Under the pieces are notes generated by a model. It was given only the letters and a program-made list of their open reading frames with translations, did no database searches and had not been told where the DNA came from. From an uncultured virus (IMG/VR IMGVR_UViG_3300046616_000384) (Duplodnaviria > Heunggongvirae > Uroviricota > Caudoviricetes), in the IMG/VR virus record IMGVR_UViG_3300046616_000384: a stretch of DNA of 64,000 nt. One strand, given 5' to 3'. The translations under genes were made by a program, and so were the position numbers. Of this stretch, positions 38,640 to 47,014 are shown piece after piece; within the stretch, counting starts at the first letter, position 1; every line of letters starts with the position of its first letter.

Positions 38640-38995
38640 GAGTAGCTCCTTTGGATGGCGGGCCGGCCGGTGACCCAGGTCCAGTTCCGGCCGCACTTGA
38701 TGTTGCTGATGGCCTGCTCGCTGACCGCGTAGTCCTCGGCGATGACCCTGCCGGGGATCCCGGCACGGAGCGCCACGTCGATGGCGCGGACGTCCTCGAC
38801 GGTGAGCTGGGCCTTGGCGGTTTGCTGTTGCACCCGGCCGGTCAGTTCGCTGTAGGCCTTGCCGGTGTTGATGGCGCTGATGGTCTGCTGGGTGACGCCG
38901 AAGTCGGCGGCCAGCGCCGGCTGGGACTCCCCGTCCCGCAGGGCCGCGTGGATGAACAGGACGTCATCCTCGGACAGCACACTTGCCATGCTCAC
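38636..38995 (-). CDS. tandem HTH DNA-binding protein
   Basis: Two repeats L..DDV..I..AL..G.....A..(F/Y).V....IS.I..G. Confidence 0.75.
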   Translation of the reverse strand: MSMASVLSEDDVLFIHAALRDGESQPALAADFGVTQQTISAINTGKAYSELTGRVQQQTAKAQLTVEDVRAIDVALRAGIPGRVIAEDYAVSEQAISNIKCGRNWTWVTGRPAIQRSYS

Positions 38996-39378
38996 TCCTT
39001 CCCTTCCATGTGTTTGCGGTCGCCCCGCAACAGGGCGACCAGTTCGGCGACGGTCATCACGACGTACTGTGAAAGCGGGTCGGTGACGCCCTTGCGCTTG
39101 GCCACGACGATCCCTGCCAGGGCCTCGTCATTGATCCGCTCGGCCTCGGCCTCGCCGACCCATTCGGCGGCGTAGAACTGGCCGCCCCGGTCCTTGCACT
39201 CGATGACGATCTTCTGGCCGGTGTGGTGGCGGACGTTGGCAATGTCGCCCTTGTCCTTAGATCCCGTCTTGACCTTGCGGTCAATGCGCGTATCCTCCAG
39301 GGCCTCGGCCAGCCCGTCGGCGATCAGCCGCTCGAAGCGGGCGCCGGCTGCCTTGGCCGTCGCCCTATTCCTTGTCAT
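38992..39378 (-). CDS. Holliday junction resolvase (PD-(D/E)XK)
   Basis: AKAAGARFER..DKGDI..VIECK..VVAKRKG. Confidence 0.85.
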   Translation of the reverse strand: MTRNRATAKAAGARFERLIADGLAEALEDTRIDRKVKTGSKDKGDIANVRHHTGQKIVIECKDRGGQFYAAEWVGEAEAERINDEALAGIVVAKRKGVTDPLSQYVVMTVAELVALLRGDRKHMEGKE

Positions 39379-39613
39379 CGGAACGCAGGCCCTCGGCGGA
39401 CTCCAGGGTGTTCGCCGCCTTGGTCGCCCACTTGTAGACGTTCCCGGCGTTGCCGAGGACGGTCTCGCTGATCTCGTCGGGGCTCAGCACACAGCCGTCG
39501 ATCGCCGCGGACGCGATGTCGGCCATAGCCCTTACCTCGGCGGCGTCCATGATGAGGGAGACCCGGAGGCCGGGCCGCCTGGTCACCTCGTGGACGTAGA
39601 TGGTGTCGCTCAT
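39365..39613 (-). CDS. hypothetical protein
   Basis: AGGAG RBS; packing. Confidence 0.55.
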   Translation of the reverse strand: MSDTIYVHEVTRRPGLRVSLIMDAAEVRAMADIASAAIDGCVLSPDEISETVLGNAGNVYKWATKAANTLESAEGLRSDDKE

Positions 39614-39620
39614 TGGGCTC

Positions 39621-40415
39621 CTAACCCTGAAAGTGCATGCGTGCGAGGTCGGCGTACAGGGGCAGGTTCCACTCGGCCCGGGGGTCGGCCTTGCCTGTCC
39701 TGTTCTTGACGGGGGAGATGTAGAGCTGCTCGCCCCGCCGGTGCATCGTGAGGATCAGCTCGGGGGTCTTGTCGATTTTTCCCCTGATGCCCGCCCGGGG
39801 TATGGGCCGGTCACCGTTGGTGTACTCCCCCGTGGTGTGATGCAAAGTGATAATGCTGGCCTTGGTGTCGCGTGCCAAATCGTGCAGGAAATCGCAATTT
39901 CCCTGCAAGGCCTGGAACTCATCACCCTCCCCGGCATAGCAGTTTGCCAGGTTGTCCATCACGAACACCTCGGGGTAGATGCCGTACTTGACGGCATAGG
40001 CCTCGAACTGGCGCAGGATGTCCTCCCCCGAGGGGGAGGTGTCGTAGACGAACTCCATATGGGAGGTGGAGGCCCTGACCTCCGCCTCGTAGCCGGTCAC
40101 CGTGCCGTTGCGGACGTCCCGCTCAATGTCGGAGGTCTCGTAGCCGGTGGCAATGGCTGCCGCCCGGACCCACATGGTGGCCTCGTCGGTGTCGGCCGAG
40201 AAGTACAGCGACCGGTTGTGCTGCCCCTGGTCGTTGCCCCGCTGGAGCATTGACTGGACGACAGCGGACTTGCCGGTGCCTGGTGCGGCTGTGACCAAGG
40301 TGAGCTGTCCTTTCCGGAAGAAAACTTCGCTGGCATTGAGGGCCTGGAACGGGCTGTACAGCGGGGTCCCGCTGCCGGTGTTCTTGCGCCTTCCCTGGTT
40401 GAGGCTGAGGATCAC
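39621..40415 (-). CDS. DnaB/RecA-like helicase ATPase
   Basis: Walker A AAPGTGKS; Walker B VFVMDNL; LHH; VKNRTG. Confidence 0.85.
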   Translation of the reverse strand: MILSLNQGRRKNTGSGTPLYSPFQALNASEVFFRKGQLTLVTAAPGTGKSAVVQSMLQRGNDQGQHNRSLYFSADTDEATMWVRAAAIATGYETSDIERDVRNGTVTGYEAEVRASTSHMEFVYDTSPSGEDILRQFEAYAVKYGIYPEVFVMDNLANCYAGEGDEFQALQGNCDFLHDLARDTKASIITLHHTTGEYTNGDRPIPRAGIRGKIDKTPELILTMHRRGEQLYISPVKNRTGKADPRAEWNLPLYADLARMHFQG

Positions 40416-40424
40416 TGCCTCCTT

Positions 40425-40730
40425 TCAGGTCAGCGAGCTGACAATCTGGACCATGTCCTCCCAGTACGCGGTGGTCCCGCACCGGGCGCACCGGATGGTG
40501 GCCCCGATGGCGGTGCAGTACTGGACGTAGCCGGCCCAGATGGCGCAGCACGGGTAGAAGTAGGGCGGCGGTTTGCCGGGCTGCTCGGGGCAGCGGTGGT
40601 ATGACACGGCGACGAACTCTGCATCGCCGCCGTGCCAGGGACCGCCCTCGCTGTGCCTGCTGTGTCCGCAAGCCGGCGCGAAGTCCAGTCCTTCCAGGAC
40701 GCTCAGGTCCAGCGAGGTGTCGGCGTTCAT
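40425..40730 (-). CDS. Cys/His-rich hypothetical protein
   Basis: CGH..H..HRC..CC..CARC. Confidence 0.6.
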   Translation of the reverse strand: MNADTSLDLSVLEGLDFAPACGHSRHSEGGPWHGGDAEFVAVSYHRCPEQPGKPPPYFYPCCAIWAGYVQYCTAIGATIRCARCGTTAYWEDMVQIVSSLT

Positions 40731-40734
40731 GGTG

Positions 40735-41301
40735 CTAGCGGATCCACTTCCAGAGTTTCTTTGTCCCGTTGGCCAGGCCCGGGTCGTTGACGTCCTCGGT
40801 CTTGGCCATGTGGTCCGTCTGTTCCTTCGGGCGGGGATCCGCCCACGCCTGCCACGGGCCGCGTGCCGAGGTGCCGGAGACCAGCTTCGCCGGCATGCCG
40901 TTCACCAGCGGGGCACCCGGGGTGCCGCCGCCGTACTGGGCCGCGGTGGCCGGTGCGGTGGGGGCGGCTGCCGGGGCTGCCTGCGGCAGGCCGACAGGGT
41001 TCTGTGCCGCCTGGTACTGGGCGAACTGCTCCTGCTGCGTGGCCGCCGGTGCGGTGACCTGCTGCGGGGCGAAGGCGCCGGTGTCCTGTGGTGCGGACAC
41101 GCTCCGGGCGCCGAGGACGGCACCGACGGTGAAGTGTGCGGTGAAGGCCTCGTTGGCCCGTGCCAGGTCGGCAAAGGTGGTGTTGGCCTGCAGCTCGGCC
41201 AGCTGCTGGGACAGCTGGACGGTGTTCTCCGAGCGGAGCACGACCCACGGGCTGTTGGATCCCGGGGCTTTCAGCGTGGTGGTGATGGGTGCTTCAGTCA
41301 T
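40735..41301 (-). CDS. putative ssDNA-binding/annealing protein
   Basis: SPWVVLR N-terminus, Ala/Gln linker, GPWQAWADP..WKW; between exonuclease and helicase. Confidence 0.5.
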   Translation of the reverse strand: MTEAPITTTLKAPGSNSPWVVLRSENTVQLSQQLAELQANTTFADLARANEAFTAHFTVGAVLGARSVSAPQDTGAFAPQQVTAPAATQQEQFAQYQAAQNPVGLPQAAPAAAPTAPATAAQYGGGTPGAPLVNGMPAKLVSGTSARGPWQAWADPRPKEQTDHMAKTEDVNDPGLANGTKKLWKWIR

Positions 41302-41391
41302 TTCTCTCCTACTGTTTTGGGCCTAAACCAGCCAATGACGGTGCGGTTGATCCAGGATCTAAACCGTCCCTTGGAGTCAAAAAAATAAGAC

Positions 41392-42402
41392 CTATACGGT
41401 CACGAGGTACGGCTTGCCGCCGTTCTTGGACTGCCGCCTGGCCACGATGTGCGGCTTCTTCGGGTCGGCCGTCTTGATGATCGCCCGCCTGTTCTTCCCC
41501 AACAGGTCCAGGACAATGTTCTTCATCCGCTGGGCCTCGGCGATGGCGGCCTTCTCGGCCTCCAGTGCCGCCTTCAGCTGATCGGCCAGCTCCCGGGTGA
41601 CCTCGACATCGGCATTGATGATGTCGGGGTGGCGCTCCCGCAGCAGTTCATAGGTATCCGTGCCGCCGTCCATCGGCGGCGGGGTGCCCTCGGCGGTGAG
41701 CTTGCCGGGCAGGGAGAGGTAGAACTCCTCGGCGGCCTCCAGCATTTCCTGCCCGCCGGCGGAGTACCATTCCTCGGCACCGGTCTGCATGGAGACGACC
41801 GGCTTGTTCACATCCCGGGGGACCAGGAACTCCCGGTAGTCCCCGAGGGCCACCAGGACCACCAGGTAGCCGTAGTCCAGCCCGAAACACTCCAGGTACC
41901 AGCGGAGCTGCAGGACGTACTTGACCGGGCAGAGATCCCGCTCCCACCCGTAGCCTGACATGCTGGTCTTGATCTCCAGCACGGCCTCGACGTCCAGGGT
42001 GCCGTACAGGGTGTTGCCGTACTCGTCCTCGCCGTAGGCATACTGGGAGGCCAGCACCCGGTCCGGGTTGGCCCCGTGCCACGGCCGGTCCTTATGGACC
42101 CAGGACCCCGAGACCTGCACGTCGAACTCCGGGTGCATGTCCGCGAACTTCTCCGCCACCACGGGCTCCAGCCGGTGCCCCCATTCAAAGACCGGGTTCT
42201 CGACCTCCTCCGTGGTGATGAAGCCGGCCTTCCGGTACCACAGGACGTAGCGGGACTCGAAGCTGTTGACTCCCATGATGGAGCCGACTTCGGAGCCGCC
42301 GATCACATTGCGCCGGGCCTCATGCCATTCCGGCGAGCCGTCCGCGAAGCGGCCGACCAGGGTGGCGGTCCCCAGTGAGACCGCCTCCCCGACTGCCGTC
42401 AC
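41392..42402 (-). CDS. YqaJ/RecE-like recombination exonuclease
   Basis: SPEWHEARR..IGGSE..WGHRLEP..ANPDR..LEIKT..Y..Q. Confidence 0.9.
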   Translation of the reverse strand: MTAVGEAVSLGTATLVGRFADGSPEWHEARRNVIGGSEVGSIMGVNSFESRYVLWYRKAGFITTEEVENPVFEWGHRLEPVVAEKFADMHPEFDVQVSGSWVHKDRPWHGANPDRVLASQYAYGEDEYGNTLYGTLDVEAVLEIKTSMSGYGWERDLCPVKYVLQLRWYLECFGLDYGYLVVLVALGDYREFLVPRDVNKPVVSMQTGAEEWYSAGGQEMLEAAEEFYLSLPGKLTAEGTPPPMDGGTDTYELLRERHPDIINADVEVTRELADQLKAALEAEKAAIAEAQRMKNIVLDLLGKNRRAIIKTADPKKPHIVARRQSKNGGKPYLVTV

Positions 42403-42686
42403 GTACCGGCCGCCGTGTCGGGGGTGAAGTAGATCAGGACGCTGTCACAGAAGCCGTGCTTACGTGCGTAGGCATGCTGTCCATGGGCCCGTCCCACCTC
42501 CAACGCCTCCTGGATGCGGGCCTCATCAATCAGAGGCTCCCCGGAGAGGACGACCTCGGCCTCAAGCTTCTGGCCGATGCGGTTCACCGTGACGAACCTG
42601 ATGTCGAGGAGGTTCTTGAACTCCTCCTCCTCGACCAGCTCGACAATGGCGAGCCCGCCGGTATCCCCGTCGTATTCCGTTCCCAT
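42399..42686 (-). CDS. hypothetical protein
   Basis: First gene of the leftward replication operon. Confidence 0.55.
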   Translation of the reverse strand: MGTEYDGDTGGLAIVELVEEEEFKNLLDIRFVTVNRIGQKLEAEVVLSGEPLIDEARIQEALEVGRAHGQHAYARKHGFCDSVLIYFTPDTAAGT

Positions 42687-42720
42687 TTTCTTGTTTCCCC
42701 CTCAGAAAACCGATAAGAAC

Positions 42721-42745
42721 GGTCCCGGGTAACTCGCCCGGGACC
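42721..42745 (-). terminator. hairpin downstream of the repressor
   Basis: GGTCCCGGG..CCCGGGACC followed by T-rich sequence on the minus strand. Confidence 0.5.
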
Positions 42746-42853
42746 GCCTTGAGACACTGCTACGCGCTAATACTGCCATTAAGGGTGTGACATTTTCCAC
42801 ATCCGCTAATGAATTTGTGACAATAAGTCAAGTCACAAGTAGGCTTACTGATT

Positions 42854-43288
42854 TCACTGCGGCGTGGGACGCCGGATGATCCAGTCATCGTCGGCCTCTT
42901 TTGGCACGTAGTAGAACCCTCCCTTGGAGGAGGCATCGTTGGCCGGGGCGAGCGGGTGGTAGTTGACCACCAGCTCGTTGGCCTCAAGGTCACGTAGCCA
43001 GGCTTCGAGCTTGCGCTCGTCCTCCGGCAGCAGCGCCCCTCCATGACGCTGGCGCACGATGGAGCGGAACCGCTCCATGATGGCGGTGGCCTTGTGGTAA
43101 TCGTCAATCTCCCACGGCAGAATGTCCTTGTAGGTCGCCATGGACTCGGTGTAGCCGGCACGCTTCAACGCCTTCCACACAGCGGATTCGGAAACACCGT
43201 AGGTGTCGGCGATCTCCTTCTGCGTTAAGCCCTGGGTGCGCATACGCCGTAGCGTCATCGAATCCGGGAGCTTTCTGATGGCTGGCAT
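42854..43288 (-). CDS. immunity repressor (L5 gp71-like)
   Basis: N-terminal HTH GLTQKEIADTYGVSESAVW; C-terminal PW....H..W..L...VVNYHP..GGFYYVP..D..IR. Confidence 0.75.
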   Translation of the reverse strand: MPAIRKLPDSMTLRRMRTQGLTQKEIADTYGVSESAVWKALKRAGYTESMATYKDILPWEIDDYHKATAIMERFRSIVRQRHGGALLPEDERKLEAWLRDLEANELVVNYHPLAPANDASSKGGFYYVPKEADDDWIIRRPTPQ

Positions 43289-44080
43289 GTCGTTTCATCT
43301 CCTTCTGGTCGGGGTACGGCCAGGGTCTCACAACCCAACGGAAAGTATGTACATCCACGACCCTACCTTCAGCGCCGCCGGAGGACAACCTTGGTCCCCT
43401 TCCGCGGCGCCGTCGCCGGGGTCTGATGCCCGGCTTCCCGCCGGTCGATCGACCTAACCCCAACTATAGCTAGAGTTTCCCAGATTTAAGCTGGATTTTC
43501 AGATCTACGCCCCGACCTTGCGGAATCGGCGAGGACATGGGATCTTTAACGACGACGGCCCCGGTAACCGCGACACGCGGTACCGGGGCCGGAGAACAAG
43601 TTATCCCAGGTGGGATGGTATGTTCTTAAGCACGTGGCCAATCGGACTGCAATCCGAGTGGCCCCACAGCGAAGTTCAAGTCTCCAACACTTGATCTCCG
43701 CCGCTACCCCCCTACTCTATCAGGGGTAGCCGCAGAGGGCACGTACCGACTTGAGCGTTTCGCTCCGGTCGGTTTTTTTGTGCCCCGTGAAAGGCGGGGT
43801 GTTGCAGTGCACGGGAGTTTCTGTTCCGGTCTCCCGCCCTGGTCGTACAACCAGGGGAACAGCCGGAGGCGCCTACCTTTCCCCGTTCGGCGCCGCGGGG
43901 ACGGCCCAGTGCACACGGCCACACATGTAGCGCAAGACTGTCCGGTTTACCGGGTGGTCTAGAGGCGTTGCGGCGGGTGACGATTGGATTGGGAGTTAAA
44001 GGACCCGACTGAGCGAAGCGAAGGAGGGTCCCCACAGCTCTATCTAAAACCAGATCCCTGCGCTGCCCGCTCGTGCGCAC

Positions 44081-44121
44081 TTGGTACGACACTGGTACCA
44101 ACTTGGTACAGGTGACATACT
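44081..44121. repeat. 11-bp-period GTAC array D over the parA promoter (candidate parS/operator)
   Basis: Cores at 44084, 44095, 44106, 44117 (ATAC); CATACT -10 6 nt before ATG 44128. Confidence 0.8.
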
Positions 44122-44127
44122 CTAAGC

Positions 44128-44772
44128 ATGATTATCACCATCGGCTCCCTGAAGGGGGGCGTCAGCAAGAGCACCACAGCCGTGAACACGGCCGTGGAAC
44201 TGACCAGGCAGGGCCGGCGGGTGGCGCTGGTGGATGCGGACCCCAACACGAACACGTCCGTGACGTGGGCGGGGGACCGGGAGAGCCACAGTCCGGGGCT
44301 GGCCCCCGTGCTCGGGCTCCAGCGGCGGGGCAACCTGCGCAACACCCTGCTGGACATGGACCGGTCCTACGATGTGGTGCTGGTGGACGTGGGCGGGTAT
44401 GACAGCCAGGAGATGCGCACGGCCGCCACGGCGGCCGATCTGCTGGTGGTGCCCATGACCCCGTCCCCGGTCGATCTGGACCCGCTGGCGCCCTTCATGA
44501 CCCTGCTGGAGGCGTTCCGGGACTTCAACCCGGGGCTGGTGGCCCGGGGCCTGATGACGCAGGTGCCCACCCAGTCGATGTCCAAGAGGCTCGGCGATGC
44601 CAAGGCCATCCTGGCCGACTATCCCGATCTACCGCTGTTCGATACGGTGATGCACCGCCGCAATGCCTACATCGACGTCATGCCGGTGGGCAGGGGAGTG
44701 GTGGAGTGGACCGACTACAAGGCCAAGGCTGAGCTTCAGCTGATCGTCCAGGAGATGATGACCCATGGCTAG
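44128..44772 (+). CDS. parA: ParA (type Ib Walker ATPase)
   Basis: KGGVSKST; VDADP; LVDVGG; AADLLVVP..SPVD; R.AY..GRGVVE; no N-terminal HTH. Confidence 0.95.
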   Translation: MIITIGSLKGGVSKSTTAVNTAVELTRQGRRVALVDADPNTNTSVTWAGDRESHSPGLAPVLGLQRRGNLRNTLLDMDRSYDVVLVDVGGYDSQEMRTAATAADLLVVPMTPSPVDLDPLAPFMTLLEAFRDFNPGLVARGLMTQVPTQSMSKRLGDAKAILADYPDLPLFDTVMHRRNAYIDVMPVGRGVVEWTDYKAKAELQLIVQEMMTHG

Positions 44773-45025
44773 GACAACGCCGAACCGCAGGGTGGCGGGC
44801 ACGGCACTGGATAGGGAGATCGAGGAGTTCGCCAGGCAGGCGGCCACGGCACCGCTGGTGATCGAGCCGAGGAAGGAGGCGGCGTCGGTGGGGTTCAACT
44901 TCAAGATGACGCCGACCAACCATGCCCGGCTTAAGCGGGTGGCGGAGGCGGAGGACCGCAGCCTGCAGAACCTGTTGAACACGATTGTGTGGCCCGCGAT
45001 TGCGGAGAAGGAAGGGGAGATCTGA
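44765..45025 (+). CDS. ParG-like ribbon-helix-helix centromere-binding protein
   Basis: IEEFARQA N-terminal tail; VGFNFKM strand + HARLKRVAEAEDRSLQNLL helices; overlaps parA. Confidence 0.75.
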   Translation: MARTTPNRRVAGTALDREIEEFARQAATAPLVIEPRKEAASVGFNFKMTPTNHARLKRVAEAEDRSLQNLLNTIVWPAIAEKEGEI

Positions 45026-45351
45026 TGGCCGTGAAGGTGGTCCGGCTGAGGAACAATGCGGCGGACCGGCCCCGTCCGCCGAAGCACAAGTGCATCGAGT
45101 GCGGGGCGGAGAACGTGCACCTGTGGACGCTGGACAGCGGACGGCGTGCGGCGGCGATGTACCTGTGCCCCCTGCATGAGGCGAAGCTGGAGACCCTGCT
45201 CGATGCCGCCGGCAATGAGCCGCCGTCCCGGCAGAAGCCGTTGCGCAATGACCCGCCGCCGGTGGAGCCGCCGTCCCGTGTGGTGCGGCGCCGTTCGATG
45301 CGTCCGCTGGAGTGGACCCCGCCGGAGTTCCCGGAAGAGATGGGCGGCTAA
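45025..45351 (+). CDS. Zn-finger hypothetical protein
   Basis: CIECG..LCPLH; 1-bp overlap with the RHH gene. Confidence 0.6.
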   Translation: MAVKVVRLRNNAADRPRPPKHKCIECGAENVHLWTLDSGRRAAAMYLCPLHEAKLETLLDAAGNEPPSRQKPLRNDPPPVEPPSRVVRRRSMRPLEWTPPEFPEEMGG

Positions 45352-45360
45352 GGGAAGGAA

Positions 45361-45570
45361 ATGGAAGCCATGGGAGAGAACGAAGTCAAGTGCCCGCGAT
45401 GCCCGGTCTGTGACTCGGAGCCGGCGATGGGCATCCATCCGATGCTGGCCCAAGCGTGGTGCTGGAATGACGACTGCCAGGTCCTGTGCTGGGATCCCTG
45501 GGTGAGTCTGGACGAGAACATGCTCGACATGAGCCCGGCCATCGTGACGGAGAACGAGCCGCCGGACTAG
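45361..45570 (+). CDS. small Cys-rich hypothetical protein
   Basis: CPVC..AWCWNDDC..WDP. Confidence 0.55.
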   Translation: MEAMGENEVKCPRCPVCDSEPAMGIHPMLAQAWCWNDDCQVLCWDPWVSLDENMLDMSPAIVTENEPPD

Positions 45571-46289
45571 AGCAGGAGGTGGTCCGTCCGGGCCCCGTCG
45601 GGCCCGGCGTAGGACTCCCGCTGGAGCACGCCGATGACGCCGCGGAAGTGGGGACCGGCGGCCAGGGCCAGGACGTGGTCCTTGGTGGTTGCCGCCAGAT
45701 CGACGGCACGGGCCTCCAGGCCCTTGAGATTGATGACCCGCTTGAGGGCGTCAAAATTCAGCAGTGCAGGGCCGCTGAGGGGTGCCCCTGCCCCGACCAG
45801 GAAGTCGTCGACCATGTCGAAGTGGTCGTTGAACTTCCCCTCGGGGTCGGAGTCGGCCAGCTCGGCCAGCGGGGCCTCCTCGTCCTTCCAGATCGAGAGG
45901 TTCACCGTGGTGACCCGGGGCTCGTCCTCGTCGTCGAAGTCCACGACGTCGAAGCCCTCCTCACTCATGCGCACGCCCACCCGGGTGGCCTTGGCCCGGC
46001 CGAAGCCGCGCAGTGCCGACTGGATCTCGTGGGCCCTGTCCCGGTGGATCGCCACGGAGACATAGCCGTCCGGTGCCTGGGTTTCGAGGATGATGGTGGT
46101 TTTCCCCGCGACTATGCGTGACACGCCGCAGACGACCACCGCACCGAAGGTGTTGGATGCGTCGGGCTGGTAGCTGATGAGCACATGGGGACAGCCGGGC
46201 CGGCCGCCGGCGTCTGCTGACAGCTCGACAGCGTTGTAGAGGGCATCGGCCAGTTCCACGGGTCTGATCCCGAATGACAAATCACTCAA
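45567..46289 (-). CDS. hypothetical protein, possibly beta-clamp-like fold
   Basis: TTG start; LLNFDALKRV..FRGVIGVL resembles the DnaN C-terminus. Confidence 0.45.
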   Translation of the reverse strand: MSDLSFGIRPVELADALYNAVELSADAGGRPGCPHVLISYQPDASNTFGAVVVCGVSRIVAGKTTIILETQAPDGYVSVAIHRDRAHEIQSALRGFGRAKATRVGVRMSEEGFDVVDFDDEDEPRVTTVNLSIWKDEEAPLAELADSDPEGKFNDHFDMVDDFLVGAGAPLSGPALLNFDALKRVINLKGLEARAVDLAATTKDHVLALAAGPHFRGVIGVLQRESYAGPDGARTDHLLL

Positions 46290-46617
46290 TGCCGGCCTGC
46301 CGCAGGACAAAGGCAACGGTGTACCGGGCGGATTCCTTGTCCCCGGGGTGCACCTCGTCCCAGTCCATTGGTAACAGGTCCCCGTCCACACCCGAGTCCT
46401 GGAAGTACGCCTTGGTGATGCGCTCCACCTTCTCCTCAAATGTCTCCGCCGGCTCCAGATCCTCCGGCATACCCAGCGCCCGCAGGATGGCATCGTCCTC
46501 GGTGTTGTAGCCAACCGAAAAGTTGCCCAGGAGCTGGCCCAGCCGCAGGTCAGGGTACAGCGACCAGTACCGGCCCACTGCCGCCAGGACTTTAGGGATG
46601 CGCTTGGGGTCTCTCAT
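46282..46617 (-). CDS. DUF1040-like hypothetical protein
   Basis: MRDPKRI......W..YPDLRLGQLL. Confidence 0.6.
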   Translation of the reverse strand: MRDPKRIPKVLAAVGRYWSLYPDLRLGQLLGNFSVGYNTEDDAILRALGMPEDLEPAETFEEKVERITKAYFQDSGVDGDLLPMDWDEVHPGDKESARYTVAFVLRQAGIE

Positions 46618-46808
46618 CAGATTTCCGTTTCTACTTCAGCGCCGGCGGCAATCAGCGCCGGCAGGTACTCATGGGTATGGTGCCCGCAGAACAGCAGCGG
46701 GCCGGCGACCAGCAGGGCCAGGGTCCTGGCCTGGGCCCCGCACCGGTCGCACCGGTCCTTGGCCGTGAACAGCGCCGGGAGTGTGTGCTCGGTGGTTGCC
46801 TCGGTCAT
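46617..46808 (-). CDS. small Zn-binding protein
   Basis: DRCDRCGAQA..LLFCGHH. Confidence 0.65.
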   Translation of the reverse strand: MTEATTEHTLPALFTAKDRCDRCGAQARTLALLVAGPLLFCGHHTHEYLPALIAAGAEVETEI

Positions 46809-47014
46809 GGGTTCCCCCCGTTGTTGATCTTTCTGATGGTGGCTTCGAGGTTGCGCCGCCACCGGCTCCCGCCGGGGGTGGCCGGCACGACGACCATCGC
46901 CCCGGAGGTGTGCCGCAGCTTCCAGTGCCCCCGGCCGTTCAAGCCGGCCTCGGTGAAGCCGCGCTCGATGGCGTACTTGATGAGTTCGCCGACGTCCTTG
47001 CGGTATCTACTCAC
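46805..47014 (-). CDS. HicA-like toxin-family protein
   Basis: LIKYAIERGF....GRGHWKLRH.SG..VVVP.TP. Confidence 0.6.
   Translation of the reverse strand: MSRYRKDVGELIKYAIERGFTEAGLNGRGHWKLRHTSGAMVVVPATPGGSRWRRNLEATIRKINNGGNP

Noticed and set aside
43712..44101. Minus-strand ORFs as a rep gene
   Set aside because: Short, low-complexity translations across hairpins with no initiator motifs
240..47014. HigA-like and HicA-like genes as one split toxin-antitoxin pair
   Set aside because: Different families, 46 kb apart, and no sequence evidence of interaction
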